Below, one piece after another: positions 18,597 through 28,251 of a stretch of 64,000 nucleotides of DNA (position 1 is the first letter of the stretch; the number at the start of each line of letters is the position of its first letter). A model generated the notes under the pieces. The model saw only the letters and a list, made by a program, of their open reading frames with translations. It was not told the origin of the DNA and ran no database searches. The DNA comes from Akkermansia muciniphila (GTDB taxonomy: Bacteria; Verrucomicrobiota; Verrucomicrobiia; Limisphaerales; SIAT01). Location: positions 6,545 to 70,544 of the forward strand of contig CAMASG010000001.1 of NCBI GenBank assembly GCA_945860945.1, read 5' to 3'. The translations under genes and the position numbers were made by a program.

Positions 18597-21500
18597 ATGA
18601 GTTTTAGGAGAAAACTGGTCACGCTATTGCTGCTCTTCGTGGTTGCGGCAATACTGGTTTTACTCGGAACCTCGACGAAGCAGCGTTCCTCACAGCCACC
18701 TCAAGCGGCGCCTCGTTCCAAGCCGCTTTTCACATCGCGCACAAAGCCCGCCACATCGGAGTCGGGTGAGCAGACGGGGTTCGCGACTTCCGCCATTCTT
18801 GAAGTGCCGAAACTGCCGCGCCGCGCGATGGCGGCGCGGTTGAACGTGCCGCCGCGTTCGCTCAATCCGCAAGCTGCGGCAATCGAGCGAATCACATTCG
18901 GCACGCGTTGGGGCCGCGAGGAGCGTCCGGAGTTAGTGGCATTTTCGAATTGGGCGGAGCGCTACGTGCGCGCGGCGACACTCGAACAGCGCATCGCCCT
19001 GGAAGGTGACGGCGTGAAATTGGCCGAGTCGCGTCGCGAAGTGTTGGCGGGATTGATTACGAAAACCCCGCGCGAAGCGATTGAGGCGACCGTACCGTTA
19101 TTCATCCGGCAGCAATTGCCCGCGCCGGTTCAGGCGCAACTCGAACGGCGTGTCGGCGGCGTGGGTAGAATTTCTCTGAGCGGCCTCGTGCCGGAAGAGA
19201 AAGGGTTGGTAGCTGAGCCGATTATTCGCACGGCGATGGTGAACGGTGAGGAGTTCCGCGCTTACACTTACGGCCAGCGTGCGCAGCAGGGAACGCGCCA
19301 GGAAGTTTCGATTCAAGGCATCGCTGTGGATCGCTCGCTCGCGGTGCTCGATAGTCCGGTGCGCGCACTGGATTTCAGCGAACGCCCGGCGGCCGCTCAG
19401 CTAATCACCACCATCGTTGTCGAAACGCAGCCCGTTCCAACGGCCAAAGTGACGCCCGTCGTTCCGGCGATTGGGAACAGCGCAGCCAAAGTCGCTGCCA
19501 TTGTCACGATGACGCAAAAGCCCGCGGCATTGCCGCTGGCGAGTGGGACGCCGGCGTTCAACGTGGAGAAAGTCACTGCTCTGCAATATGGCAACGCCAT
19601 TGTCATCGCCACTTCGCCGGAGCAGGTGCCGAAGATTGCGGAAAACCTCGCGAAGATTGAGCGCGCAGCGGGGCCGTCCAAGCCGGTGCTCACGTTGGGC
19701 AACACGCCTGTCACGGTGAATCCCGAAGCCGAATACACCGAGCTTCCTGCGCTGGAGTGGACTCATGGAGCGAAACGGTTGCTGCTGATTCGCGTGGATT
19801 TTCCCGATCGCCGCGGTCAACCCATTGCTGGCGGTAAAAAAGTGGATGCGCTGGCCGCCTCGAAAGTCGTCTCCGAGGTCAACGCCTTTTATCAGCAGAA
19901 CTCCTATGGCAAAACTTCGGTGAGCCTGCGGGCGTCGGATGTGACGCCGGTTTTCACCGTGTCGAAGACCGCGACTTACTACGCGGTCAATGAACTGAAC
20001 GACACGCTGCACGAGGAGGCGCAGAATCTGGCGGCGGCTGGTGGCTATAATCTCGAAGACTACGATCGCATCGCGGTGATTTTCTCGTCGCTTGGGAAAA
20101 TCCGTTTCTCGAAGATCACCTATGGCGGCCTCGCCAACGTGGGTTGGAACCGGCTTTGGTTCAACGGCAAGTTTGACTTCGGCGTCGTCGCTCACGAGCT
20201 GGGGCACACGTACGGCGTGCATCACGCGAATCTCTGGCGCACGACGGATCAGTCGGTGATCGGGCGTGGGAGCAGCGTGGAATATGGCGATCTGTTCGAC
20301 GTGATGGGCGACAGTTGGTCGGCCACATCCGCGTATCACTTCAATCATTTGTTCAAGAATGTGCTCGGCTGGATTCCCGATGAAGCGGTCGAGACGGTGA
20401 TCGAGTCGGGCACGTATCGTGTGTATCGGTTCGACACCGCGACGGCGGATCTCACGCTGCCGCTGGCTTTGCGAGTGCCGCGGATGAATCGTGACAACGA
20501 TTATTGGATCGGTTACCGCAAACTTTTCCCGCAACTGCAGGGCTCGGCCTGCGTGCTCTGGGGTAAGCGTTTCAACAGCCAGAGCGACCTGCTCGACATG
20601 ACCACGCCGGGGTACAACGCCCGCGATGCCGGCCTGCTTTCGGAACAAACTTTCACGGACAACTCCTCTTCAATCATCCTCAAAAACCTCGGGGTCGGAG
20701 TGGATGAGCAGGGCCGCGAGTATCTCGACATCGAAGTCACGATGATCGCCGTGCCGCTCTTTTCGTCGCAGCCGCAGATGAGCCAGACCGCCACCGCCGG
20801 CGGGACCATCACGCTGACGGCGAGCGTCGAGAGCACGGGGCGCGTGGCGTATCAGTGGCAGAAAGACGGCGTGGACATCCTCGGTTCCGCGCGGATTGGT
20901 GGCACAACCACTGGCACGCTGGTGATTCGCGCCGCACAGGTGGCCGACGCGGGTCGTTACACGCTCAAGGTCATTTATGAGGGCGGCGCGCTCGTGAGTG
21001 ATGCCGCGTCGGTCGAGATTACCGCCCTCGCACGTCCGGGAGCGCTTGCGTGGGTGCGTCAGTCCGGCGGCAGCGGTGATTACATCAATTACGGAAACGC
21101 CGTGGCCGTGGACAAATCGGGCAATGTCTTTGTCGTCGGCGATTTCATCGGTCAGGCGATCTTCGGCGATGTCACGCTCACCAGCGCGGGCGAGACGGAT
21201 CTCTTTTTGGCGAAGTACGATCAGAATGGCGCGCTGCAATGGGTGCGACGCGCAGGGGGCGCGGGCGCGGACGCCGGTAATCACGTGGCCGTGGATGCTG
21301 CGGGCAACGCGTACATCACTGGCTGGTTCCGCGATTCAGCGACGTTTGGAAATGCCACGCTCACCAACGCCGGCGAATACACCGCGTTCGTTGCGCGCTA
21401 CGACACGAACGGAAATCTGCGATGGGCGGTTCGCCCCGACAGCAGCCAGTACAGCTACGGGAGTTCTGTGGCCGTGGATTCGTCCGGCAACGTCATTTTT

Positions 21501-22331
21501 GCCGGCACATACGAGGGCACGATGCGCCTCGGCAAAACCGATCTTCGAGCCGTCGGCCAGACCGATGCCTTTCTTGCGAAGCTCGATTCGAACGGCCGTG
21601 CTACTTGGGCGCTCACCGCCGGCGGTGGCGGCGAGGATTTTGCCGCCAGCGTCGCGCTGGATGCCTCGGGCAATCCGCATCTCGCCGGCTCTTTTTCCGG
21701 CAACGCCTACTTCGGACGTAACTACCTCAGCAGCCTTGGCGAGAGCGACATCTTCGTCGCCAAGTTCGACAAAGCCGGCGTGCTGCAATGGGCGCGGTCC
21801 GGCGGCGGGCGTGGATCGGATTTCTGCGGGGCGGTGACGGTGGACCGCACGGGCGCGGTGGTGGTGGTCGGCGATTTTGAGCGAACCGCGGCGATCTGCG
21901 GTCAACTGCTCACGAGCGCCGGCGGCGCTGATATTTTCGTGGCGCGTTACACTGCGGACGGCCAGCCATCCTGGTCGCAACGCGCCGGTGGCATCGGGAT
22001 GGATTCGGCGTATGGCGTGGCGGTGGATGCCGAGAGCAACATTCATGTCGTCGGCGAGTTTCAAGGCAAGGTCGGTTTCGGTACCGCCGCGTCGCTAATC
22101 AGTTTTGGAGAGGCGGACATCTTCGTGGCGAAATATGCCTCCACCGGCGCGCCGAGCTGGGCGAAGAAATTCGGTGGTCTGGGCCACGATACAAGTGGCG
22201 GTCTGGCGCTCGATAGCTCGGGCGGCATTCATATCATCGGCGGCTTTGCGGGCGAGGCGACGTTTGATTCGAGCACGCTGACGAGCGGCGGTCTTCTTGA
22301 ATTCTTCCTTCTGAAAATCGTCGCGAAGTAG
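18597..22331 (+). CDS. large secreted/anchored metzincin-type zinc metalloprotease with an Ig-like domain and a C-terminal beta-propeller
   Basis: N-terminal hydrophobic anchor. HELGHTYGVHH at nt 20193-20225 fits HExxHxxGxxH. An Ig-like segment lies at about nt 20751-21026, followed by about seven 60-aa SBBP-like repeats. Confidence 0.8.
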   Translation: MSFRRKLVTLLLLFVVAAILVLLGTSTKQRSSQPPQAAPRSKPLFTSRTKPATSESGEQTGFATSAILEVPKLPRRAMAARLNVPPRSLNPQAAAIERITFGTRWGREERPELVAFSNWAERYVRAATLEQRIALEGDGVKLAESRREVLAGLITKTPREAIEATVPLFIRQQLPAPVQAQLERRVGGVGRISLSGLVPEEKGLVAEPIIRTAMVNGEEFRAYTYGQRAQQGTRQEVSIQGIAVDRSLAVLDSPVRALDFSERPAAAQLITTIVVETQPVPTAKVTPVVPAIGNSAAKVAAIVTMTQKPAALPLASGTPAFNVEKVTALQYGNAIVIATSPEQVPKIAENLAKIERAAGPSKPVLTLGNTPVTVNPEAEYTELPALEWTHGAKRLLLIRVDFPDRRGQPIAGGKKVDALAASKVVSEVNAFYQQNSYGKTSVSLRASDVTPVFTVSKTATYYAVNELNDTLHEEAQNLAAAGGYNLEDYDRIAVIFSSLGKIRFSKITYGGLANVGWNRLWFNGKFDFGVVAHELGHTYGVHHANLWRTTDQSVIGRGSSVEYGDLFDVMGDSWSATSAYHFNHLFKNVLGWIPDEAVETVIESGTYRVYRFDTATADLTLPLALRVPRMNRDNDYWIGYRKLFPQLQGSACVLWGKRFNSQSDLLDMTTPGYNARDAGLLSEQTFTDNSSSIILKNLGVGVDEQGREYLDIEVTMIAVPLFSSQPQMSQTATAGGTITLTASVESTGRVAYQWQKDGVDILGSARIGGTTTGTLVIRAAQVADAGRYTLKVIYEGGALVSDAASVEITALARPGALAWVRQSGGSGDYINYGNAVAVDKSGNVFVVGDFIGQAIFGDVTLTSAGETDLFLAKYDQNGALQWVRRAGGAGADAGNHVAVDAAGNAYITGWFRDSATFGNATLTNAGEYTAFVARYDTNGNLRWAVRPDSSQYSYGSSVAVDSSGNVIFAGTYEGTMRLGKTDLRAVGQTDAFLAKLDSNGRATWALTAGGGGEDFAASVALDASGNPHLAGSFSGNAYFGRNYLSSLGESDIFVAKFDKAGVLQWARSGGGRGSDFCGAVTVDRTGAVVVVGDFERTAAICGQLLTSAGGADIFVARYTADGQPSWSQRAGGIGMDSAYGVAVDAESNIHVVGEFQGKVGFGTAASLISFGEADIFVAKYASTGAPSWAKKFGGLGHDTSGGLALDSSGGIHIIGGFAGEATFDSSTLTSGGLLEFFLLKIVAK
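21042..22328 (+). repeat. about 7 tandem ~60-aa SBBP-type beta-propeller repeats (protein-level repeat inside the CDS)
   Basis: Recurring pattern W(A/V)...GG...D.(A/G).(A/G)VAVD..GN..(V/I).G.F.G...FG......G..D.F(V/L)AK(Y/F/L)D..G...W. Confidence 0.6.
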
Positions 22332-22421
22332 CCAGTCTCCGTGGCGGCTGTGGATTCGCGATGCTTCCGGCGCAGCAATTCATCTTGGTCTCTGGGCGGC
22401 GTGGCGGGTAGATTCAGCCCG

Positions 22422-23708
<1,287 letters not shown>

Positions 23709-23711
23709 ATC

Positions 23712-24128
23712 ATGCGCATCCTTGCCCTTGACCACGGAACCGTCCGCATCGGTGTCGCCATCAGCGACGAACTGAAGATGCTCGCCCTGCCGCTCGAGTT
23801 CATTCCATCCGCGCCGTTTGCGGATTTCCTCGTGCGTCTCAAACAGCTTCTGAAAGAGAAAGAGGTGGATCTGATTCTCATCGGGATGCCGCGCAATATG
23901 GACGGCAGCTACGGACCGGCGGCGCAAAAAGTGCGCGAGTTCATCGCTGTCCTGAAGGAGACCATCACCGTGCCGATGAAGACGTGGGACGAACGGCTGA
24001 CGTCGGTGCAGGCGCACCGATTGCTCGGCGAGGCCGGCATAAAGGCGAAGGAGCGAAAAGGGAAAGTGGATCGAAGCGCTGCGGCGATCCTGCTCCAGAG
24101 CTACCTCGACTCTCAAAGCGGAATCTAG
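23712..24128 (+). CDS. ruvX: Holliday junction resolvase-like RuvX/YqgF
   Basis: MRILALDHGTVRIGVAISD N-terminus; 138 aa. Confidence 0.9.
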   Translation: MRILALDHGTVRIGVAISDELKMLALPLEFIPSAPFADFLVRLKQLLKEKEVDLILIGMPRNMDGSYGPAAQKVREFIAVLKETITVPMKTWDERLTSVQAHRLLGEAGIKAKERKGKVDRSAAAILLQSYLDSQSGI

Positions 24129-24149
24129 CTGGTCGCGCCCGCGAGTTGC

Positions 24150-24956
24150 ATGGACACGCTTAAGATCAAGTTGACGGTCGCGTACGACGGCACGGCTTAC
24201 GAAGGTTGGCAGGTGCAGAAGACGGGCGTCGGCGTGCAGCAGAAAGTCGAGGAGGCATTGTCGAAGCTCTTCCCCAGTGAGCCGCGACTTCACAGTTCCA
24301 GCCGCACGGACACGGGCGTGCACGCGCTCGGGATGGTGGCGCATTTCGAAGTGCTGCGCGCGGAGTTCAAGATGCCCATGTCGAGACTGTTGATCGCCAT
24401 CAACGCGTGGCTACCAGAGGACGTCCGTGTGATGGCCGCAGTGCGCGCGAAAGCGGATTTCCACGCGCGCTTCGACGCATCCGGAAAACAATACCGCTAT
24501 CTCGTTTGGAACCATCCCGCGGCGAACCCGATTCTGCGCAGGCAGGCGTGGCACGTGCCGCGTCCGAAACTCGACTTGCTGGCGATGCGCACCGCCGCGC
24601 AACTTTTCATCGGCACGCATGACTTCCGTTCCTTTGCTGCCAACCGCGGCGACGTGTTGAAGGACGCGGTACGCACTCTCGTCCGGTGCGACTTTAGCCG
24701 AAGCGGGCCGCGGCTCACCTTCATCATCGAGGGCGACGGCTTTCTTTACAAAATGTGCCGCGGGATTGTCGGCACGATTGTGCAAGTGGGGCAGGGGAAG
24801 ATTGCGGCTGGCGAGGTTCGGAAGATTCTCGAACATCGCGATCGCCGTGTGGCCGGGATGAGCGCGCCAGCTCACGGGCTCGTGCTCTGGAAGGTGTTCT
24901 ACAAAAAAGGCGGCAAGAGGCTGCGTCGTGAAGATATTGGCGAAGCTCTCGCTTGA
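24150..24956 (+). CDS. truA: tRNA pseudouridine(38-40) synthase
   Basis: YDGTAYEGWQ, the SSRTDTGVHA catalytic Asp motif and GTHDFRSF. Confidence 0.9.
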   Translation: MDTLKIKLTVAYDGTAYEGWQVQKTGVGVQQKVEEALSKLFPSEPRLHSSSRTDTGVHALGMVAHFEVLRAEFKMPMSRLLIAINAWLPEDVRVMAAVRAKADFHARFDASGKQYRYLVWNHPAANPILRRQAWHVPRPKLDLLAMRTAAQLFIGTHDFRSFAANRGDVLKDAVRTLVRCDFSRSGPRLTFIIEGDGFLYKMCRGIVGTIVQVGQGKIAAGEVRKILEHRDRRVAGMSAPAHGLVLWKVFYKKGGKRLRREDIGEALA

Positions 24957-24960
24957 TCCG

Positions 24961-25425
24961 ATGAACGTCGTCCTCGTTGAACCCGAGATTCCGCCGAACA
25001 CCGGCAACGTGGCGCGGCTCTGCTCCGCCACGAAAACGCGTCTGCATCTCATCGAACCGTTCGGCTTCAAGCTCGACGATGCGCAGTTGAAACGCGCCGG
25101 GATGGATTATTGGCAGCACGTGGAATGGCATCGCTGGGGGAACTGGAGCGCGTTTCAGTCGGCGTTGCCGGCCGGTGCGCGATTTTGGTTTGTGGAGCAG
25201 GGCGCCGGGTTGCGTTACGACGAGGCACGGTTCGGGCCGGACGATTACCTCGTGTTCGGCCGCGAGACGGCGGGTTTGCCGACCTCGTTGATGGAAGCGA
25301 ATCGCGAGCGTTGTCTGCGCATTCCGATGTTCAATGCCGAAGCGCGTTCGCTCAATCTTTCCAACTGTGTCGCGCTCGTTCTTTACGAGGCGATCCGGCA
25401 GCAGGGATTCGCAGGGGAGATTTGA
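24961..25425 (+). CDS. trmL: tRNA (cytidine/uridine-2'-O-)-methyltransferase TrmL (SpoU/TrmH family)
   Basis: VVLVEPEIPPNTGNVARLC, LVFGRETAGLP and SLNLSN motifs. ATG at 24961 lies just after the truA stop. Confidence 0.85.
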   Translation: MNVVLVEPEIPPNTGNVARLCSATKTRLHLIEPFGFKLDDAQLKRAGMDYWQHVEWHRWGNWSAFQSALPAGARFWFVEQGAGLRYDEARFGPDDYLVFGRETAGLPTSLMEANRERCLRIPMFNAEARSLNLSNCVALVLYEAIRQQGFAGEI

Positions 25426-25510
25426 TACAACGCCGCAGAAGAAAATCCTTCCGCGATTGCGATGCGCTGCAGCAGAGGAAGTCGGAACGCTTCGCGCCAA
25501 CGGCGATTGT

Positions 25511-25999
25511 TCACGCGCCGGTTTCAGCCAAGCGGATCAGCTCAATAAACTTCGCGGATTTGTCGGCGGCCATCAGCGCTTGGCGCAGCTTGGCATCGCG
25601 CAACAGGCGGCTGATGCGCGCGAGGATGGCGAGGTGTTGCGTGAGGTTCGGCGCGATGATGAGGAAGAAAAGTTTGGCGGGTTGATCATCAATCGCGGCC
25701 CACGGCACGCCGGCGTCGCGTCGGCCGACGGCGATGATGGGGCTCTGCACGATGCCGGCGAGGGCGTTGCGGGCGTGAGGCAGGGCGATGCCGTCGCCGA
25801 TGCCGGTGGAATGGAGGAGTTCGCGTTCCTGCAGCGTCTGAAGCAGCGACGCTTGAGCTTCGGCGTTCCCAACAATCTCCGGAACGAGGGCGGCCAGCTC
25901 GCGCAGAATGTCGTCGCGAGTGGAGCCGACGAGATTGAGTCGGATGGCGGCCAGCGAAAGTAGTTCGTGGAGATCGAGAGGCGATTGGTTGCCCGTCAT
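25511..25999 (-). CDS. PTS EIIA-type (PtsN-like, nitrogen-regulatory) protein
   Basis: STGIGDGIALPHAR phosphorylatable-His motif and a LFFLIIAP block. The start is uncertain (25999 or 26017). Confidence 0.8.
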   Translation of the reverse strand: MTGNQSPLDLHELLSLAAIRLNLVGSTRDDILRELAALVPEIVGNAEAQASLLQTLQERELLHSTGIGDGIALPHARNALAGIVQSPIIAVGRRDAGVPWAAIDDQPAKLFFLIIAPNLTQHLAILARISRLLRDAKLRQALMAADKSAKFIELIRLAETGA

Positions 26000-26117
26000 G
26001 CATGCGAAGGTAAACATCCGCGCACGGCTGCGCCAGCCTGATTGCTCCAACTCGAATGAGGAGAACCGTTATAGAGCAGAAGGAGCCATCGGCGATGAGC
26101 CGTTTCGGAAATAGCGG

Positions 26118-26146
26118 TTGACACTCGGGAAGCAACAAATCATTGT
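26118..26146 (+). promoter_or_regulatory. candidate sigma70-type promoter for the S-box leader
   Basis: Perfect TTGACA at 26118-26123. Only weak -10 candidates (CATTGT/TTGTAT) lie 17-19 nt downstream. Confidence 0.25.
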
Positions 26147-26173
26147 ATCCGCATCCGTTGATGCAACGGATGA

Positions 26174-26291
26174 CTCATCACGAGTGGCTGAGGGACTGGC
26201 CCGACGACGCCACGGCAACCAGTTGGAGCGGGTGCTCCGATGTTTAGGTGCCAATTCCAGCCCCGCCGGCAACGGCGTGGGAAAAGATGAG
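26174..26291 (+). promoter_or_regulatory. SAM-I (S-box) riboswitch aptamer
   Basis: P1 CTCATC/GATGAG. Conserved cores GAGGGACTGGCCC, CGGCAACC and GGTGCCAATTCC are present. P3 hairpin GGAGC-GGGT-GCTCC and P4 CCGCCG-GCAA-CGGCG(T)GG with a GNRA loop. Confidence 0.85.
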
Positions 26292-26310
26292 AAGAGCGCG
26301 CGAGCTTTCG

Positions 26311-26342
26311 GCCCCTTCTCACCTTGTGGGAAGGGGCTTTTT
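26311..26342 (+). terminator. riboswitch expression-platform intrinsic terminator
   Basis: 12-bp stem GCCCCTTCTCAC-CTT-GTGGGAAGGGGC followed by TTTTT, 23 nt before the thrC-like ATG. Confidence 0.8.
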
Positions 26343-26365
26343 GCGCCCCAGAAAGACGCAGAATT

Positions 26366-27628
26366 ATGGAAAAGCACGAAGGGTTCATGAAGGCGCTGAA
26401 GTGCCGCGAGTGCGGGCGGGAATACCCGCTGGCCGCGACGCACGTGTGCGAGTTCGACTTCGGCCCGCTCGAGGTGGCCTACGATTACGACCGCATCAAG
26501 AAATCGCTCACCCGCGCCGCCATCGAAAAGCGGCCGCAGACGATGTGGCGTTACCGCGAGCTGCTGCCGATCGCCGGCGAGCCGACGGTCGGTTTTCAAG
26601 TTGGGTTCACGCCGTTGGTGAAGGCCGACCGCCTCGCCAAGCGCCTCGGCATCCGCGAGCTTTGGATCAAGAACGACACGGTTAATTACCCGACGCTCTC
26701 GTTCAAGGATCGCGTGGTGAGTGTGGCGTTGAGTCGCGCGCGCGAGCTTGGTTTCAAGGTCGTCGCCTGCGCTTCCACCGGCAACCTCGCCAACTCCGTC
26801 GCGGCGAACGCTGCCGCTGCCGGTCTCAAGTCATTCGTTTTCATCCCGTCCGATCTCGAGCAGGGGAAGGTGATTAACTCGCTCGTGTACGGCGCGAATG
26901 TCATTGGCATCAAAGGCCATTACGACGAGGTGAACCGCCTCTGCGCGGAAATCGCCGGCAAGTTCGGCTGGGCGTTCGTGAACGTGAATATGCGCCCGTA
27001 TTACGCCGAAGGCTCGAAGTCGATGGGCTTCGAGATTGTCGAGCAACTCGGTTGGCGCGCTCCGCAGCATACCGTCGTGCCGATGGCTTCCGGTTCGTTG
27101 CTCACCAAGATTCATAAGAGCTATCAGGAGTTCATGAAGCTCGGGATCATTCCCGAGTCGCGGTATCACGTGCACGGCGCGCAGGCCACGGGCTGTAGCC
27201 CGATATCCGTTGCGCAAAAGGCGGGGCTTGATTTCTTCAAGCCCGTCAAGCCGAATACCATCGCCAAGAGCCTCGCGATCGGCACGCCGGCCGATGGTTT
27301 CTACGCGCTCAAAGTGATGAAGGAGACCGGCGCCGTTGCCGAGGATGTGAGCGACGATGAGCTCCGCGAAGGCATCAAACTCCTCGCGGAATACGAAGGC
27401 ATTTTCGCCGAGACCGCCGGAGGTGTGACCGTCGGTGTCGCCAAGAAACTCATTGCCTCAGGCAGGATTCCCGCTGATGATTCTGTGGTGCTTTGCATCA
27501 CCGGCAACGGCCTCAAGACGCTCGACGCGGTCGTGGGCCACACGGGGCGCGCGCGTGAAATCAAGCCGAGCCTGCGCGAGTTCGAGGCGCTCATCAACGC
27601 CGAGGGCGAGTTGTCTGCGGCCATCTGA
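26366..27628 (+). CDS. threonine-synthase-family PLP enzyme (ThrC-like; proposed O-phosphohomoserine-dependent homocysteine synthase)
   Basis: PTLSFKDR PLP-lysine motif, ASTGN and a GNGLK-type C-terminal block, with an N-terminal Cys cluster (CRECG...CE). Family assignment is firm; the physiological reaction is inferred from context. Confidence 0.85.
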   Translation: MEKHEGFMKALKCRECGREYPLAATHVCEFDFGPLEVAYDYDRIKKSLTRAAIEKRPQTMWRYRELLPIAGEPTVGFQVGFTPLVKADRLAKRLGIRELWIKNDTVNYPTLSFKDRVVSVALSRARELGFKVVACASTGNLANSVAANAAAAGLKSFVFIPSDLEQGKVINSLVYGANVIGIKGHYDEVNRLCAEIAGKFGWAFVNVNMRPYYAEGSKSMGFEIVEQLGWRAPQHTVVPMASGSLLTKIHKSYQEFMKLGIIPESRYHVHGAQATGCSPISVAQKAGLDFFKPVKPNTIAKSLAIGTPADGFYALKVMKETGAVAEDVSDDELREGIKLLAEYEGIFAETAGGVTVGVAKKLIASGRIPADDSVVLCITGNGLKTLDAVVGHTGRAREIKPSLREFEALINAEGELSAAI

Positions 27629-27636
27629 CCAAGTTT

Positions 27637-27912
27637 ATGCCAGTCAACATTCGTATTCCCACGCCGCTGCGCAAACTGACCAACAACGAGGAAGTTGTGG
27701 AGGTTCAGGCCGGCACCATCGCCAGCGCGCTCGTTGAGTTGCAGAGCCGTTTTCCCGGTGTTCAAGAGCGCTTGCTCGACGAGAAAGGCGAAGTGCGCCG
27801 CTTCGTGAACGTGTACGTGAACGAGGAGGACATCCGTTTTCTCCAACAGCAGGAGACGCTCCTCAAGGACGGCGACGAAGTGAGCATCATTCCCGCCATC
27901 GCTGGTGGCTAA
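27637..27912 (+). CDS. CysO/MoaD/ThiS-type sulfur-carrier protein (beta-grasp, C-terminal GG)
   Basis: 91 aa ending ...DGDEVSIIPAIAGG-stop. The RFVNVYVNEEDIRF core resembles CysO-type carriers (from memory). It starts 8 nt after the thrC-like stop. Confidence 0.85.
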   Translation: MPVNIRIPTPLRKLTNNEEVVEVQAGTIASALVELQSRFPGVQERLLDEKGEVRRFVNVYVNEEDIRFLQQQETLLKDGDEVSIIPAIAGG

Positions 27913-27918
27913 TTGATT

Positions 27919-28221
27919 ATGGCTCACGCTCCCAAGAAAACAAAACCCGCCGCCAAAGCCGCCAAGAATGGCGCGCGTCCGCAACAGACACGCCTCTGGT
28001 TGATGTATCCGCCCAAGCTCATCACGCGGCCGATCATCTGGGAGCTGGGACACAAGTTCGCGGTCTCCACCAACGTGCGCCAAGCGAGCGTGACCGACGA
28101 AATCGGCATCGTCTGCCTCGAGCTCGACGGCGAGCGCGAGCAGATCAAGGCCGCCATCGCGTGGCTCGAGAAACTCGGCGTCAACGTCGAGCCGGTCGAG
28201 ATCAACGTGATCGAGAGCTGA
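27919..28221 (+). CDS. stand-alone NIL-domain protein with a Lys/Ala-rich N-terminal tail
   Basis: PIIWELGHKFAVSTNVRQASV...GIVCLELDGEREQIKAAIAWLEKLGVNVEPV fits the NIL (MetN C-terminal-like) pattern. ATG lies 6 nt after the carrier stop; a TTG at 27913 is the alternative. Confidence 0.7.
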   Translation: MAHAPKKTKPAAKAAKNGARPQQTRLWLMYPPKLITRPIIWELGHKFAVSTNVRQASVTDEIGIVCLELDGEREQIKAAIAWLEKLGVNVEPVEINVIES

Positions 28222-28251
28222 CGGTTTCTTCCCCGCGCCACTACCCACGCC

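Noticed and set aside
26152-26172. Perfect 9-bp hairpin CATCCGTTG-ATG-CAACGGATG just upstream of the riboswitch, considered as a terminator
   Set aside because: No T-tract follows it, and no upstream gene is oriented to be terminated there, since the ptsN-like gene is divergent. It is more likely part of the 5' leader. It is kept only as a note under the riboswitch finding.
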